Below, in pieces: positions 38,866 through 53,115 of a stretch of DNA of 64,000 nucleotides. The notes beneath the pieces were generated by a model that was not told where the DNA came from, did not search any database, and worked only from the letters and a program-made list of their open reading frames with translations. Position 1 is the first letter of the stretch, and each line of letters begins with the position of its first letter. The stretch covers positions 35,526,001 to 35,590,000 of the forward strand of contig OX597836.1 in NCBI GenBank assembly GCA_951406725.2, in the 5' to 3' direction. Origin of the DNA: Octopus vulgaris. Taxonomy: Eukaryota. The position numbers and the translations under genes were made by a program.

Positions 38866-39507
38866 CGATTATGGTTTATGTATGTATGTAGGTAAATGGT
38901 AGTGAAATGCTATTTGATTTATACGATAGCTAGTATATTTATTTCTACATTTTAATGTTAGTTAAAATTAATTATGATTAGTATTTTTTTAAAAATTTAA
39001 TATTGGGGGATAAGCTTCATATAGAGGTTGTAAGAGATTAATTAATGTTGAAATGGTTGATTAAAGTTAAATTAATATTTTTTTCTTTATTGTTATTTCT
39101 TTATAATTGATTAAATATATTTCTTTAAATCAATTGAAGTGAAATATAATTCTAAAATGAATATTGTTGTGTGGGGTATATGTATGCATGTATGTGTGTG
39201 TCTTTGTGTCTATGTGTGATTCCCGCTACAGTTTGACAACCGATGTTGTTGTGATTACATCCCCACTACTTTGCGGTTCAGCATAGAGAATACCACGTTA
39301 AAATATATATAAGTTGTTGGGTTGTTTCATTTGACAGAAATGTCTTCAAAGCAGTGCCCCAGCATGGCTGCAGTCTAATGACTGAAACAAATAAAAAGTG
39401 AAAGATATATCAAACTACCGTAAATGGAAAAAGTGCTTTCTTTTTATTTCAGTGAACCGCTGTTGCTCTACACACCAACTCAAGTATATGTGTCTAAGAT
39501 GCTCCAT

Positions 39508-39823
39508 GTGGAGGCGCAATGGCCCAGTGATTAGGGCGGCGGACTCGCCGTCGGAGGAGTGCGGTTTCGATTCCCAGACTGGGCGTTTGTGTGTTTATTG
39601 AGTGAAAGCACCTAAAGCTGCACAAGGCTCCAGTAGGGGGTGGTGGCGACCCCTTTTGTATTCTTTCGCCCCAACTTTTTCTCACTCTTTCTTCCTGTTT
39701 CTTGGGTAACGCTGCGATGGACTGGCGTCCCGTTCATCTGGGGGGAACTCATACGCCATAGAAACCAGGAAACCGGGCCCATGAGCCTGGCTTAGCTTGT
39801 AAAGGGCGCATAATTAAATTAAA
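39508..39823 (+). mobile_element. SINE A, tail A2 variant, with 12-bp TSD
   Basis: AAGATGCTCCAT at 39496 and 39824. Confidence 0.92.
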
Positions 39824-40299
39824 AAGATGCTCCATATTTTCCTTTGTTTCTGTTACTCGCGATAAAAGAATTCTTTATCTTAAAATTCTAAAGGAGCGCT
39901 TTTAAATTTTGAAACATCGCATACAGTGATAAGTAGAAATCGTATTTTGGGTCGTGGATTAGACAAGAAGTGGTCAATTTCTGCTCTGGAGAACGAGAAA
40001 TGTTTCGTATAATTACTGAAAAGTTGACACTACATTAAAAACAAACAAACAGAAAAAAAAAACTTTGCATAGTTTGATCTCTTCTATCAAGTTACAACAA
40101 TGTTTAGTGAAAACTGGTCAATTTTATGATGATTGGGTAACAGAAATGATATTGTAGGTGCGTGATTGTAAATTCGAAAATAACACTTCGAAAATTATCT
40201 ATCCTTGATATTTAAGCGAATTGTCACGTCTTCGCCGGCCGAAGAAATATGTCTTGTCTGCTTACGCAACGAGAATCCAACAGTCTGTATTATATTAAA

Positions 40300-40689
40300 T
40301 GTGGAGGCGCAATGGCCCAGTGGTTAGGGCAGCGGACTCGTGGTCGTAGGATCGCGGTTTCGATTCCCAGACCGGGCGTTGTGAGTGTTTATTGAGCGAA
40401 AACACCTAAAAGCTCCACGAGGCTCCGGCAGGGGATGGCGGTGATCCCTGCTGTACTCTTTCACCACAACTTTCTCTCACTCTTACTTCCTGTTTCTGTT
40501 GTACCTGTATTTCAAAGGGCTGGCCTTGTCACTCTCTGTGTCACGCTGAATATCCCCTAGAATTACTTTAAGGGTACACGTGTCTGTGGAGTGCTCAGCC
40601 ACTTACACGTTAATTTCATGAGCAGGCTGTTCCGTTGATTCGGATCAACCGGAACTCTCGTCGTCGTAACCGATGGAGTGCTTCCATCC
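40300..40689 (+). mobile_element. SINE A1 with 11-bp TSD
   Basis: ATTATATTAAA on both flanks. Confidence 0.95.
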
Positions 40690-41303
40690 ATTATATTAAA
40701 AGTTACCAAATCTATTATTCGTGCTAAAAAGGTTGAATAATTTCTTAGCGGTGCAATGTGAGTGACCAAAGATTTTAACGATACTTCTCACTATGTCAGT
40801 GAATTATATAAAGGCAGCTAAAGCAAATGGTGATAATAAATCAAACATAAAATAACGTGAGCTCAAATATGCGGCTGAAATGTCCGGCAAGATTTATTCG
40901 TTAAGAAATGAAATCATGTCTAAATAGCAATAACAAAAACTGCGAAATCAAGAGAAAATCGGACATTTAGCTAATGTATGCATGACATTAAATTGAAATT
41001 AGAATTATTTGAAATTTATATTAAAATAACGCACAAAAAAAATAGATGGTAAATCCTATAAAAATTGCAGTAACCGTAATGATAATTTTATCGGTAGATT
41101 ATGAGTGAAATATAAATGAAATTGAAGTTAATTCTGTATCTATTATGGTTGAAGAATGTGCTGAGTCGGGAAAAAAGTTACCGTTCTGAGCAAAATGTCA
41201 AGCGTATTTTCTTCCGGTTTTACGTTCTGTGTTCAAATGCCATCAAGTCTGAGTTTGCTCTTCATTCTTTCGGGGCCAATAAAACGAGTTAAAACGATAA
41301 ACG

Positions 41304-41607
41304 TCGCCCTTTTCAAGCCTAACCAGGCTCATGGGCCCGGTTTGTCGGATTCTGTGGCGTATGTGTACCCTCTATCTGGACGGGACGCCGGTCTATCGCA
41401 GCGTTACTCGAGGAACAGGAAGAGAGAGTGAGAAAAAGTTGTGGCGAAAGAGTACAACAAGGGTCACACCCTCCCCTGCCGGAGACTCGTGGAGCTTTTA
41501 GATGTTTTCGCTCAATAAACACACGCAACGCCCAGTCTGGGAATTGAAACTACGATCCTCCGACCGCGAGTCCGCTGCCCTAAACACTGGGCCATTGCGC
41601 CTCCACA
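41304..41607 (-). mobile_element. SINE A, tail A2 variant
   Basis: Reverse complement of the 39508 type. Confidence 0.9.
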
Positions 41608-41830
41608 ATAAAAGGAGTACCGGTTCAAAACTGAGATCGATATAACTGACTCGTCCACTTCTTCCAAGTTCCAGACTTGTGCCTATTGTAGAAAGGATTA
41701 CATAACTGTGGTAGTACAAGTATTACAGTTACAGAAAAATGCATGTTAAACACAACTTTCTACTATTGGCACTAGGCCTGAAATTCCTGACATCGATCAC
41801 AGTGTATAACTGGTATTCATTTCATTTCAA

Positions 41831-42060
41831 GGCGGCGAGCTGGCAGAAACGTTAGCACACCAGGCGAAATGCTTAGCGGTATTTCGTCTGCGTTACGTTG
41901 TGAGTTCAAATTCCGCCGAGGTCGACTTTGCCTTTCATCCTTTCGGGGTTGATAAATTAAGCACCAGTTACGCACTGGGGTCGATGTAATCGACTTAATA
42001 CCTATGTCTGTCCTTGTTTGTCCCCTCTGTGTTTAGCCCCTTATGGGTAGTAAAGAAGTA
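41831..42060 (+). mobile_element. Full-length SINE C with 16-bp TSD
   Basis: GGTATTCATTTCATTT at 41812 and 42061. Confidence 0.95.
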
Positions 42061-44247
42061 GGTATTCATTTCATTTATTCCGACCGGAAAGAATGCAACC
42101 GAAAGCCTGTTTCACTGGAATATGGGCTTAGAACATAAACACGGAGGATATTCTGCAAAACATTTGATATACTTTACTATGAAATTAAATTTCATTGTAA
42201 TTCCCATAATGATGTTAATTATCCATCAATAATTAAAAATGATATTTTCTGCTTGTGCAATACTTTTCATAATGCCTTGTAGGTAAAGTTTTATATTCAC
42301 TACTTACCTGATTTGTAAAGTGATATTTGAAGAAAAATATGAAGCAATTAAGAAATTCTGGAGAATTGTCTTTTGCAAAAAGTTTCACTGGGATTGTTAT
42401 CGCATCTCGCAGCTCAATGGAGAGTTGTTTTCCAAAGCATTTGCAGAAAAAAGCTTTCCGCAGTTAATGGTAATAACATTTTGATAGAATATATCGCTTT
42501 CCATGTTCAAAGGGTTGATAATGTTGATAAATGAAATAATTTGAAGGCTAAAACTAAATCGATACTTTATGTGCTAAGAGTTCCAAATATTTACAGCTGG
42601 ATTAGGTTGTTGCAGAAGTATTCAAATTGCAATTTAAATGCGTATGGAAACATACTGAAAAAGGATCACCACTTTATACCACGGTATTATGGATTATCAT
42701 AATAGAAAGGTGAGAAAAAATTTCGGCGTAATTATTTTAAAACACACATTTCAACAGATTGAATTAATAGAAGAACCACAAAATTACTCGTCTTTTGTTC
42801 TTTACAGATACAAATAAATGCCATTCGTACTTGTTAGTGAGACTGCTATATGCTAACTTTTTTTGGCTTTTTGTTTTGGTCAAATTTTATCTGGAATAAA
42901 GCAACGTGCATTATCACCGAGATTACTGATGGAGAATATTTGAATAATGTAGAATTAAATAATTAAAATTACAAGATTACGGCTTCAAATGACATACGGA
43001 AGAATGAGATTTTTTCACGCAAAGAAGTCAAATATTTGAGCTGTAATGTTAGTGCATTGAAAATCAAAAACATTATCCGTGAAATATAACGATACTATAA
43101 TTAAATTATGAAGTACAGAAAACAATGCAAACGATGTGTTAGTATTTGTTACGAAAGGCAGGTAGTATTGCACATTCATTAAAAACATCACAAGTTTTAG
43201 TGAACCTTAAGTTAACAAAAACCGAGAGACCGTGCTATTCAAATGGTTAGATGACTATTAACGAAGTTTTAATGAGTTGAAAATTAAGGCCACGGGGATT
43301 AGACGTGCAATGGAAACTCGTCTCTAATCTTGGATTGGTTCTGTAACTGTTGGATTGGTTCTGTTCCAACGTAAAAATTGGGTTGAACGTCTGTGAGTTA
43401 AAACCCATAAATGATTGAACGTACAGTAATTGATAATTACAAATATAGAGATTAACTTGTTTATCGATGTTCGATCACTTTCTATATAAACAAAATTCAG
43501 AATCGAAAGACCACATAAAACCACACTCCACCTGTAAGTATTTGACCCCTGGATATAAACAGACCAGTAAATACGTCTTAGAGACTGAAACTTTAGCAGG
43601 TGTTATTGGCATCATAAAAATATACTGAATAAAATAACTCTTAGGAGCAACACCAACATCATAATACTTTATCAACCCTAGAGACCATGCATGGTTACGA
43701 TTTTTATAATTGCCATTACAAGCATATATTATCTCACTTTGAAATAAATCGAATCATTGGTGAATGTTCTGATGGAATGCTGGTTTCTATTTAAAAATTC
43801 GATCAAATATAAAGAAAATATCGATATTGCTCAAACTAAACTATTCACCAATAAAATCTAGCCGAAAAATACGATATCGAACGCGAACACCAAAGAGAAT
43901 ATTGGAACATGGGAATTTATCAATTTTGTAGTCAAATTTTCCAAAAGTAATTGTTCCTAAAATATTACAAAATAAAAGTTTGCCTCAACTGCGTTAATGA
44001 TATTTTAGCGTGTTTAAATGAAACGTGTCACAGATTCAGGGACTAGCAGCAGATGCAAACTCATCTTGATGTTCGATGCGATGGGAAAATCCTGCACATG
44101 TGAATTAAGTACTAATATACCTGCTTCAAAATACAGTAAAGGAACAGAAGCAGGTGGAATACGGCAATAGATACATATGGAACACATCAGTGCGTTTTAT
44201 GATAAAAGGCGGTTTATTGTTATGAATTCGGTTTCGAAATATCTATA

Positions 44248-44394
44248 GGTGCAGGAGTGGCTGCGTGGTAAGTAGCTTGTTCTGGGTTTAGTCCCACTGC
44301 GTGGAACCTTGGGCAAGTGTCTTCTACTATAGCCTCGGGCCGACTAAAGTCTTGTGAGTGGATTTGGTAGAAGGAAACTGAAAGAAGCCCGTCG

Positions 44395-44448
<54 letters not shown>

Positions 44449-44475
44449 TAGACAGAAACTGAAAGAAGCCTGTCG

Positions 44476-44536
<61 letters not shown>

Positions 44537-44750
44537 GTGTTTGTGTGTATATGTTTGTGTGTTTGTCTCCCCAACATCGCTTGACAACCGATGCTGGTGT
44601 GTTTAAGCCCCCGTAACTTAGCGGTTCGGCAAGAAAAACGATAGAATAAGTACTAGGCTTACAAACAATAAGTCCTGGGGGGTCGACTAAACGCGGTGCT
44701 CCAGCATGGCCGCAGCCAAATGACTGAAACAAGTAAAAGAGTAAAAGAGT
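44248..44750 (+). mobile_element. SINE B with an internal duplication around its microsatellite
   Basis: GAAACTGAAAGAAGCCYGTCGTATATATG occurs twice (44375 and 44455). Confidence 0.92.
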
Positions 44751-45179
44751 TTGCAACAATGACATCAGTAACTGCTACTGAAGCGTTGAACACATCATCA
44801 TCATCATCATCATCTATACGACAATCATCATAATATATTCTCTACATTCGATAGTTTGAATACGATACGATACGATATCGATCTTACATGCGTTGTCTTC
44901 ATTCTCTCACTGCGTTCGAAGTATTTCCAAATTCTTGATGCGAGCCATGAAATGCAATTCTTGATCTTCTTCTTCTTCTTCTTCTTCTTCTTCTTCTTCT
45001 TCTTCTTCTTCCATTAAACATAATTCTTTTTCTCCCCTGTTTACAGTCAGTCCAAACCAATTTTACTGTGTACTTGAGACATACATTAAAAAACAAAAAA
45101 AAAACCACTGAAATATTTTCATTTTTGTTTGTCTATCTATCTTTCTATTTTTTTTTGCATGAAGAGAATTCAACTTGCC

Positions 45180-45510
45180 ATCATCGTCATCATCCTCCCC
45201 TTCTTCTTCTTCTTCTTCTTCTTCTTCTTCTTCTTCTTCTTCTTCTTCTTCTTCTCCTTCTCCTTCTCTTTCTCCTTCCTCTTCTTCTTCCTCTTCTTCT
45301 TCTCCTTCTTCTTCTTCTTCTTCTTGTTCTCCTTCTTCTCCATCTTCATCTCCATCTTCTTCTTCTTCTTCTTCTTCTTCTTCTTCTTCTTCTTCTTCTT
45401 CTTCTTCTTCTTCTTCTCCTTCTTCTTCTTCTTCTTCTTCTTCTTCTTCTTCTTCTTCTTCTTCTTCTTCTCTCTCACCCTCTCTCTCTCTCCCTCTCTC
45501 TCTCTTCTCC
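45180..45510. repeat. (TTC)n/(CT)n polypyrimidine tract
   Basis: Read directly from the sequence. Confidence 0.95.
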
Positions 45511-45768
45511 CCCTGCTCCTCCAAGTCGGTAGCTGCTGCAACAGATGTAGTAGTCTCAATATCAAGCTCTATTATAGCCGTAAATTAAAGGATATGTGAA
45601 AGAAATACCAAAGACGCCGCAATAAGAGATTCTAACATGGATGGCATTGTCACCATCAAAGCAACGTTGACAGATACTTCAGACATACTGCACCACGTTC
45701 ATTAAAATCTACGGAACACGATAAAAGATGTATGCTGCGTTGGATTGCTTTCTTTTTTAGCAATAACT

Positions 45769-45805
45769 GATAATAATAATAATGATGATGATGATAATAA
45801 TAATG

Positions 45806-45866
<61 letters not shown>

Positions 45867-46014
45867 TGATGATGATAATAATAATAATAATAACAACAAC
45901 AACAACAATAATAATAATAATAACAACAACAATAATAATAATAATAATAATACTAATAATAAAAATACTACTACTACTACTACTACTAATAATAATAATA
46001 ATAATGATGATGAC

Positions 46015-46050
<36 letters not shown>

Positions 46051-46222
46051 AACGGCAACAATGATAATAATAACAGTACTGACAAATATCAAGATATGGA
46101 TAATTATGATAATAAAAGTAAAAACAACATTAAAGATTATATTAATGATGATGATGAAGTTGACGATGATGATGATGATGATGATGATGTTAATAATAAT
46201 AAGGATGATGATGATGATAAGA

Positions 46223-46303
<81 letters not shown>

Positions 46304-46335
46304 ACAATAATAATGAAAATAATAATAATAATGAA

Positions 46336-46389
<54 letters not shown>

Positions 46390-46485
46390 TACAACAATAA
46401 TAATGATGATGAAAGAAGACAAGAAGAAGAAGAAGAAGAAGAAGAAGAAGAAGAAGAAGAAGAAGAAGAAGAAGAAGAAGAAGAA
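45769..46485. repeat. Compound trinucleotide array (AAT/GAT/AAC/ACT/AGT/GAA)
   Basis: Read directly from the sequence. Confidence 0.95.
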
Positions 46486-46968
46486 ATCGAGACAAGAAAA
46501 TTTTACCAAACACAGACATGCGAATACTTAATGTATGACTTAAGACAAGGTACAAGAGGAAAAAAAGGACACTTATATTATAGACGCGTCTAATTAATAC
46601 TTAGAACGGAGCGCAATGCAAAAACAAGAATAATTATAATGCAATAAGTATGAATATTCTAGCTACCCAGTTATAAATTGTAATCATAAATTTTCAATAG
46701 GAGAGTAAACGAATTTGTAAGTCTAGACAAAACGTAAAAAGTAAAATTACTGCAGTTAGCAATCATATACAGAAATAGTTTATTTGTTATGATACGACGA
46801 GTCTAATGTGTTAGGGGCTTTTGGTAAAGTATAAATCTGTTATTAAGGAACTACTATAGAACGACCAAAATATCTAATAGGTGCAGGAATTGTTATGAGA
46901 TTCATAAGTTCGCTTCGCGGTCACGTAGTTTCTGCTTCATTTCCAGCGAGAGAACTACTAGACGGAAA

Positions 46969-47024
<56 letters not shown>

Positions 47025-47083
47025 GAGTGAGCAGAGAAGCAAAAGAAGAGCACTTAACACATTTATTGGGAGTTACATGTATG

Positions 47084-47206
47084 GATCAAACAGTCTGATT
47101 TAGATTTTTTGGAACTCCGAGTTTCAAACGTGACTCTAATTTTCAGCCTGAAGATTAACATAACGCTTGAAACTCGGAGTACCAAAGTTTCTGAATGCGA
47201 TTGTTT

Positions 47207-47210
<4 letters not shown>
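47084..47210. repeat. Imperfect palindrome with 63-bp arms and hammerhead-core remnants
   Basis: Centre at 47147; CTGAAGA...GAAACTCGGAGTA on the + strand. Confidence 0.75.
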
Positions 47211-47297
<87 letters not shown>

Positions 47298-47304
47298 ATA
47301 CATA

Positions 47305-47379
<75 letters not shown>

Positions 47380-47825
47380 TGTGACTTTATGTGTGTTTGT
47401 CATTTTTACTTGATACCGTCATTAAATTCCGGCCATGCTGGTGTCTTATTTATTCTATCGATTCTGTTTTTAGTAGAACTGCTAAGTTACGGGGACATAA
47501 ATACTCCAGCACCTGTTGTCAAGCGATGGTGGGAGAAGTCATATACACAAATGCACAGACACACATACAGTCACACATCCGCGCACGCACACACACACGC
47601 CCCAACTATCTCTCACACTCTCTTCTTGTTTCTTGAGTAACGCTGCGATGGACTGGCGTCATGTCCAGCTGATGGGGGAACACATACGCCACAGGAACCG
47701 GGAAACCGGACCCATGAGCCTGGCTAGGTTTGAAAAGGGCGCATAAAAATTTAAAACTTGCTTTATTTGTCGTTGTCGTTAATGTTTATTTTGTTGTTTT
47801 TTTTGTTGTTGTCGTTGTTACTGCT

Positions 47826-48042
47826 ACTCTTTACTCTTTTACTCTTTTACTTGTTTCAGTCATTTGACTGCGGCCATGCTGGAGCACCCCCTTTAATTGG
47901 GCAACTCGACCCCGGGTCTTATTCTTTGTAAGCCCAGTATTTATTCTATCGGTCACTTGCCGAACCGCTAAGTGACGGGGACGTAAACACACCAGCATCG
48001 GTTGTCAAGCAATGCTAGGGGAACAAACACAGACACAGACAG

Positions 48043-48115
<73 letters not shown>

Positions 48116-48281
48116 TACGACGGGCCTCCTTCAGTTTCCGTCTACTAAAGCCACCCACAAGGCTTTGGTCGTCCCGAGGCTATAGTAGAAGACAGTTGCC
48201 CAAGGTGCCACGCAGTGGGACTGAACCCGGAACCATGTGGTTGGTAAGCAAGCTACTTACCACACAGCCACTCCTGCACCT
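47826..48281 (-). mobile_element. Full-length SINE B
   Basis: Reverse complement of the 25855 type. Confidence 0.95.
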
Positions 48282-48871
48282 ATGTTGATTTTATTAAAAA
48301 AATAACTTATAGCATTGCATTATATAAATTCTGTCTTCTTTAAATTATAATGAACGTGACAAAGTATGTCTGAAGTATCGGTTAACGCCACTTTGATGGT
48401 AGCAGTGCTACCGAAGATAGCACGTATTGCTCTGTAGTCTGTGTTCTCTTTAATGTATCTTGTCATTTATTGCTATAGTAGTGGGTGGTTTTGAAGTAAC
48501 TATAACTATTAATTCTGGTAGTGCTGGTGGTGGTGGTGGTGTTGGTGCTGCGAATGGTAGCGCGGTTACAGCAGATGATGCTGGTGATGTTGATAATGAT
48601 GATGATGATAATGGTGATTAAATTTCACTTGATGTAAATGGTAGAAAAATAGAAAGAATAGCAACTATGAATATATTTCTATGAATGTTGTTTACTGAAA
48701 ATCTCTGAATAAACACACAGTGTTACTATATATTCGTTATATAACAACTTTACGCCTCTCCTCGTTTATTTAGCTTTGCTTATTCCAGTAACGAGTTTTT
48801 AAAGATTATTTTATATATAAGAGAACTTGTAATTAATAAAGGAATGATTAATATAAGAATTTATTATTATT

Positions 48872-49379
48872 ATTGAGTGAGAGAGCAGTTCATGCCATCA
48901 AAGTGACACTGGGGTAAAATATACGAAGCCTAATATACCCATCATGACTACCCGTCTGATAAAGGTACACCAGGCACATGCATCACAACCATATGTGCGC
49001 GACATGGTGATCTCATATCAAGATAAACAGCACATGACCTTGCAGGTGGGGCCCAGTTAGAATTTTCTTCAGGTTGAGTAGCCCATCCCGCTCAAACGGT
49101 CCCTGAATAAGGGTTGCTTAAGGATGTTGAAAGAACCACCCATGTTTCCAGAGGTGAACTATTCAAACCCCAAAGAATCCCTCTCAACACATGGCTATGA
49201 TGCTCCTCCACTACTTCTGCTCGTGATCAGAGATGCACATATCATCAGCCACTAAGGGACATGCTCAACTGGTTAAGGTCAAACAACTGACAAGCAAATC
49301 TGTGGTATTGAGCAGAATATTTGCTGTAGCCCATCTTTTATACCAAGACAAAACAATGTACATGATAACACTTCCAATC

Positions 49380-49382
<3 letters not shown>
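48872..49382 (-). mobile_element. Family T repeat
   Basis: Reverse complement of 64-540; (TTA)n on both sides. Confidence 0.9.
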
Positions 49383-49448
<66 letters not shown>

Positions 49449-49493
49449 GTTATATTTCGGAATGGTCATTTTGCCAGTTTAGACTATAAACGT

Positions 49494-50341
49494 ATTATTA
49501 TTATGGTTTTTCCTTCTTTCTTCAAATTTTCTTCCGTTTCTCGTCGAGTGTTTTCCATACACCTAGGGCAGAAAAGGCCATTGTATGCATTCCCAGATTA
49601 CACGCGCAAATTAACAGATTAAATATGTATTTAAAAATTAATAAATAAATTCATGGGTGGATGTTATTTTCACAGGGATAGTACACAGGGATTTTTTGCA
49701 CTTCCTGTAGGGATGGTAAGCCTGGAATCATTTTCAAATAAGTTTCAGTACTTTTTTTTATCATTCCTAGAAATCCTACAATCACTGGTACTGTAGTCGC
49801 TTTGAGATGCCACATTTTTTCAAGTTCTATTAGCAGGTCTTTATATTTACTAATCTTGTCAAATTCTTTCGCCGCTATATTGTGATCACAGGGAATACTC
49901 ATGTCAATTAATAAACACATCCTTTTTGTCTGATCTTTTATAATAATATCCGGTTTATTAGCTTTTATAGTCCCGTCGGTCTGTACGGGGAAGTCCCGTA
50001 GAATCGACACATTTTCTCCCTCAGTCACAGCTTCAGGATGATGTTTATACCATTTGTCAGCGGTTTTGATTTTATAACGCCGACATATTGTCCAATGTAA
50101 ATACTGGCCGACTTTGTCATGTGTTGCTTTATATTCTGCAGGTGCTAAGACTCTACACCCTGAGATTAGGTGGTCTATTGTTTCAATTTCATCGTTTCAG
50201 AATCGGCATTTTGGGTCAGCTCCATTTTTCATCACATTGGCTTGGTAGTTCCGGGTTAATAAGCTTTGGTCTTGAGCAGCTTGTTTGTTACGGGCCACAT
50301 ACTTGCCATGGAGAGGTTTCTGTTCCCATAACAGAGGTTTC

Positions 50342-50342
<1 letters not shown>
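49494..50342 (-). mobile_element. 5'-truncated R4/Dong-clade element (CCHC and RLE), second subfamily
   Basis: WEQKPLHGKY, AAQDQSLLTRNY, CRF*NDEIETIDHLISGC, THDKVGQYLHW, KPDIIIKD..LIDMSIP..KISKYKDL; (TAA) repeats at both ends. Confidence 0.92.
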
Positions 50343-50407
<65 letters not shown>

Positions 50408-50417
50408 CATTATTATG

Positions 50418-50467
<50 letters not shown>

Positions 50468-50675
50468 CGCCAGAGCTGGACGTGTATTACGGAGCTCCGT
50501 AAGTATGTTCCTTGTTTACCTTTAAAAATATTGTTATTTTTACATTTTATTGTTATAACTTGTGACTAAGTTAATCTAGACCATATTGATCTGATTAACA
50601 CTGTTTAGATTTTTTTGCCCCGCGGGTTAAAATTCTCGAAAAATAAAGTAAACTTCAAAATTTTCAAAATTTAAT

Positions 50676-51680
50676 ATGGCGTCGTCGTCGTCTTTGTCAA
50701 CAAGGCAACAAGAGAGGGAAGTGGGAGGAGATGTAGAACGCGAAATAGTCTTTCACCGTCACTCGACCCCACCTACATTAGATATAAAAGATAGTGGTAG
50801 CAGGAGGAGGAGGAGGGGGAATAGTAATAGCAATGACATCAACAACAGCAACGACCACAATGGAAGTGTCAGGAGTTACGAGGATTCGATCAAGGAAGCA
50901 CGAAATAAAACTAGCAGCAGCCAAGTTTGCAAGGAAAATACAACCACGACCACTACCAAAACCTAAAGGGAACTTATCGAGAAAGAGTTCAAAATATGAA
51001 TGCTGGTGAAATTGACAATTTAAGGAGGCATCAGATAGAGCGATAGCGTGTGAGAAGACATAGGCCAGTGCTGAACAGAGATATTGTTAATGAATTTGAA
51101 CAATTTAACATAGGAGAATCGAACAATATATATGAATACTGTGGAGGCGCAATGGCCTAGTGGTTAGGGCAGCGGACTCGCGGTCGCAGGATCGCGGTTT
51201 CGATTCCCAGACCGGGCGTTGTGAGTGTTTATTGAGCGAAATCACCTAAAAGCTCCACGAGGCTCCGGCAGGGGATGGTGGTGATCCCTGCTGTACTCTT
51301 TCACCACAACTTTCTCTCACTCTTACTTCCTGTTTCTGTTGTACCTGTATTTCAAAAGGCCGGCCTTGTCACTCTCTATGTCACGCTGAATATCCCCGAG
51401 AACTGCGTTAAGGATACACGTGTCTGTGGAGTGCTCAGCCACTTATACGTTAATTTCACGAGCAGGCTGTTCCGTTGATTCGGATCAACCGGAACCCTCG
51501 TCGTCGTAACCGACGGAGTGCTTCCATATGAATACTGGGGTGCGCTGAGGTTTAGAAATGAAAATAACAGTTGTTGCCATAATAGAAAAGTGAACGTGCA
51601 GGCATTGCAACCATATTCAGAAACACTAAAAAAATTTATTTGAGGGACCCAATCAAGATTCCCTTTCATTCTGCAGAAGG
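50676..51680 (+). pseudogene. Helitron RepHel N-terminal fragment interrupted by a SINE
   Basis: After removing the SINE: FNIGESNNIYEYWGALRFRNENNSCCHNRKVNVQALQPYSETLKK, matching the IG..C..C.AL.F..E...CC..GKV pattern with degenerate Cys codons. Confidence 0.7.
51142..51525 (+). mobile_element. SINE A1 with 12-bp TSD
   Basis: ATATGAATACTG at 51130 and 51526. Confidence 0.95.
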
Positions 51681-51829
51681 TAATGGGAAATTATAGAAGC
51701 GACACATCTAGGGAACTTATTTATAAATTTATATGTATATTTATTTCGTTGGGTGTTTTAAATTATGCTTTGGAATTTGTATTGATTGCCTAGATGCGTT
51801 CCTCCTATAATTTGCGATATCCATATATA

Positions 51830-52115
<286 letters not shown>

Positions 52116-52917
52116 AATACATGGCGTATTATTGATATTGCGCATTGATAAAAGGGCAAACTGTTTTTCCAATAATATTTAATATTTTGCACGAGTTCGA
52201 GAAATCTAAATAAATCGTTTTTGTAATGTTCTCCTCGTGCCAGGTATATTTTCGCGTGCCTATTAACGACATGAAAGATTAAAACGGTGATCCCATACCT
52301 GCAACCAATGTCAATTTAAGGTATTGTATGAATTATTTCATTTCCTTCTCAAGGTTAACACCTCAATGTGATTTCAGATATATATATTTTCTGGATTTAT
52401 ATTATTTTCCTATATTGCTGCAAAGAAATGAGTTTTTTTTTATGGGAGACTATTATGCCTCGTGCTCCTTTATTTAAAATATAGAAATAAAAGCATGTCC
52501 TAACAAAATATTCGGTGGTAATATTGCTTTCATTCATCATATCTTTTGTACTCTTAGACTGAAGTATTCGGAATTGATTAACCATAACAGAGTATATATA
52601 TGATATATTTCTGATTCTATACTTATGAACTTTTACTCACAATCAAAAGATTAAGTGACTTGGGTCTTAATCTCGGTAGTTTTTGCCACTGCCATAATTT
52701 GAGTTTTAATCTTGAAAGAGCAATCATTCCCACTAGGATATTCGTGTTTCGGGTTCAGTCCTACTGCACGGTACTTCGGGCAAGTGTCTTCTGCTATAGC
52801 CTCGGGCAGATCTAAGCCATGTGAGTTAATTTGGTAAACATAAACTGAAGGAAACCGGCCGTATACATATATAAATACAGGAATGCATACATACATACAT
52901 ACATACATACATACATA

Positions 52918-53095
52918 GGAGCACTCCGTCGGTTGCGACGACGAGGGTGCCAGCTGATACGATCAACGGAACAGCTTGCTCGTAAAATTAACGTGTAAGT
53001 GGCTGAGCACTCCACAAACACGTGTACCCTTAACGTCGTTCTCGGGCACATTCAGCGTGACACAGTGTGTGACAAGGCTGGCCCTTTGAAATACA
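52918..53095 (-). mobile_element. SINE A1-type 3' tail
   Basis: Reverse complement of GGCC..CTTGTCAC...CGACGGAGTGC. Confidence 0.85.
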
Positions 53096-53115
53096 GGCAC
53101 TGCTCATTTTTGCCA

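Noticed and set aside
42308-42547. Minus-strand exon between ttttag and a strong CAG|GTAAGT donor
   Set aside because: All three frames contain stops; a non-coding exon cannot be excluded but is unsupported
43324-43675. Two short minus-strand ORFs in unique sequence
   Set aside because: No recognisable motif, and the length is within chance expectation
45745-46593. 282-aa poly-N/D/S/E ORF and overlapping ORFs
   Set aside because: Stop-free reading of trinucleotide microsatellites, open in several frames and on both strands
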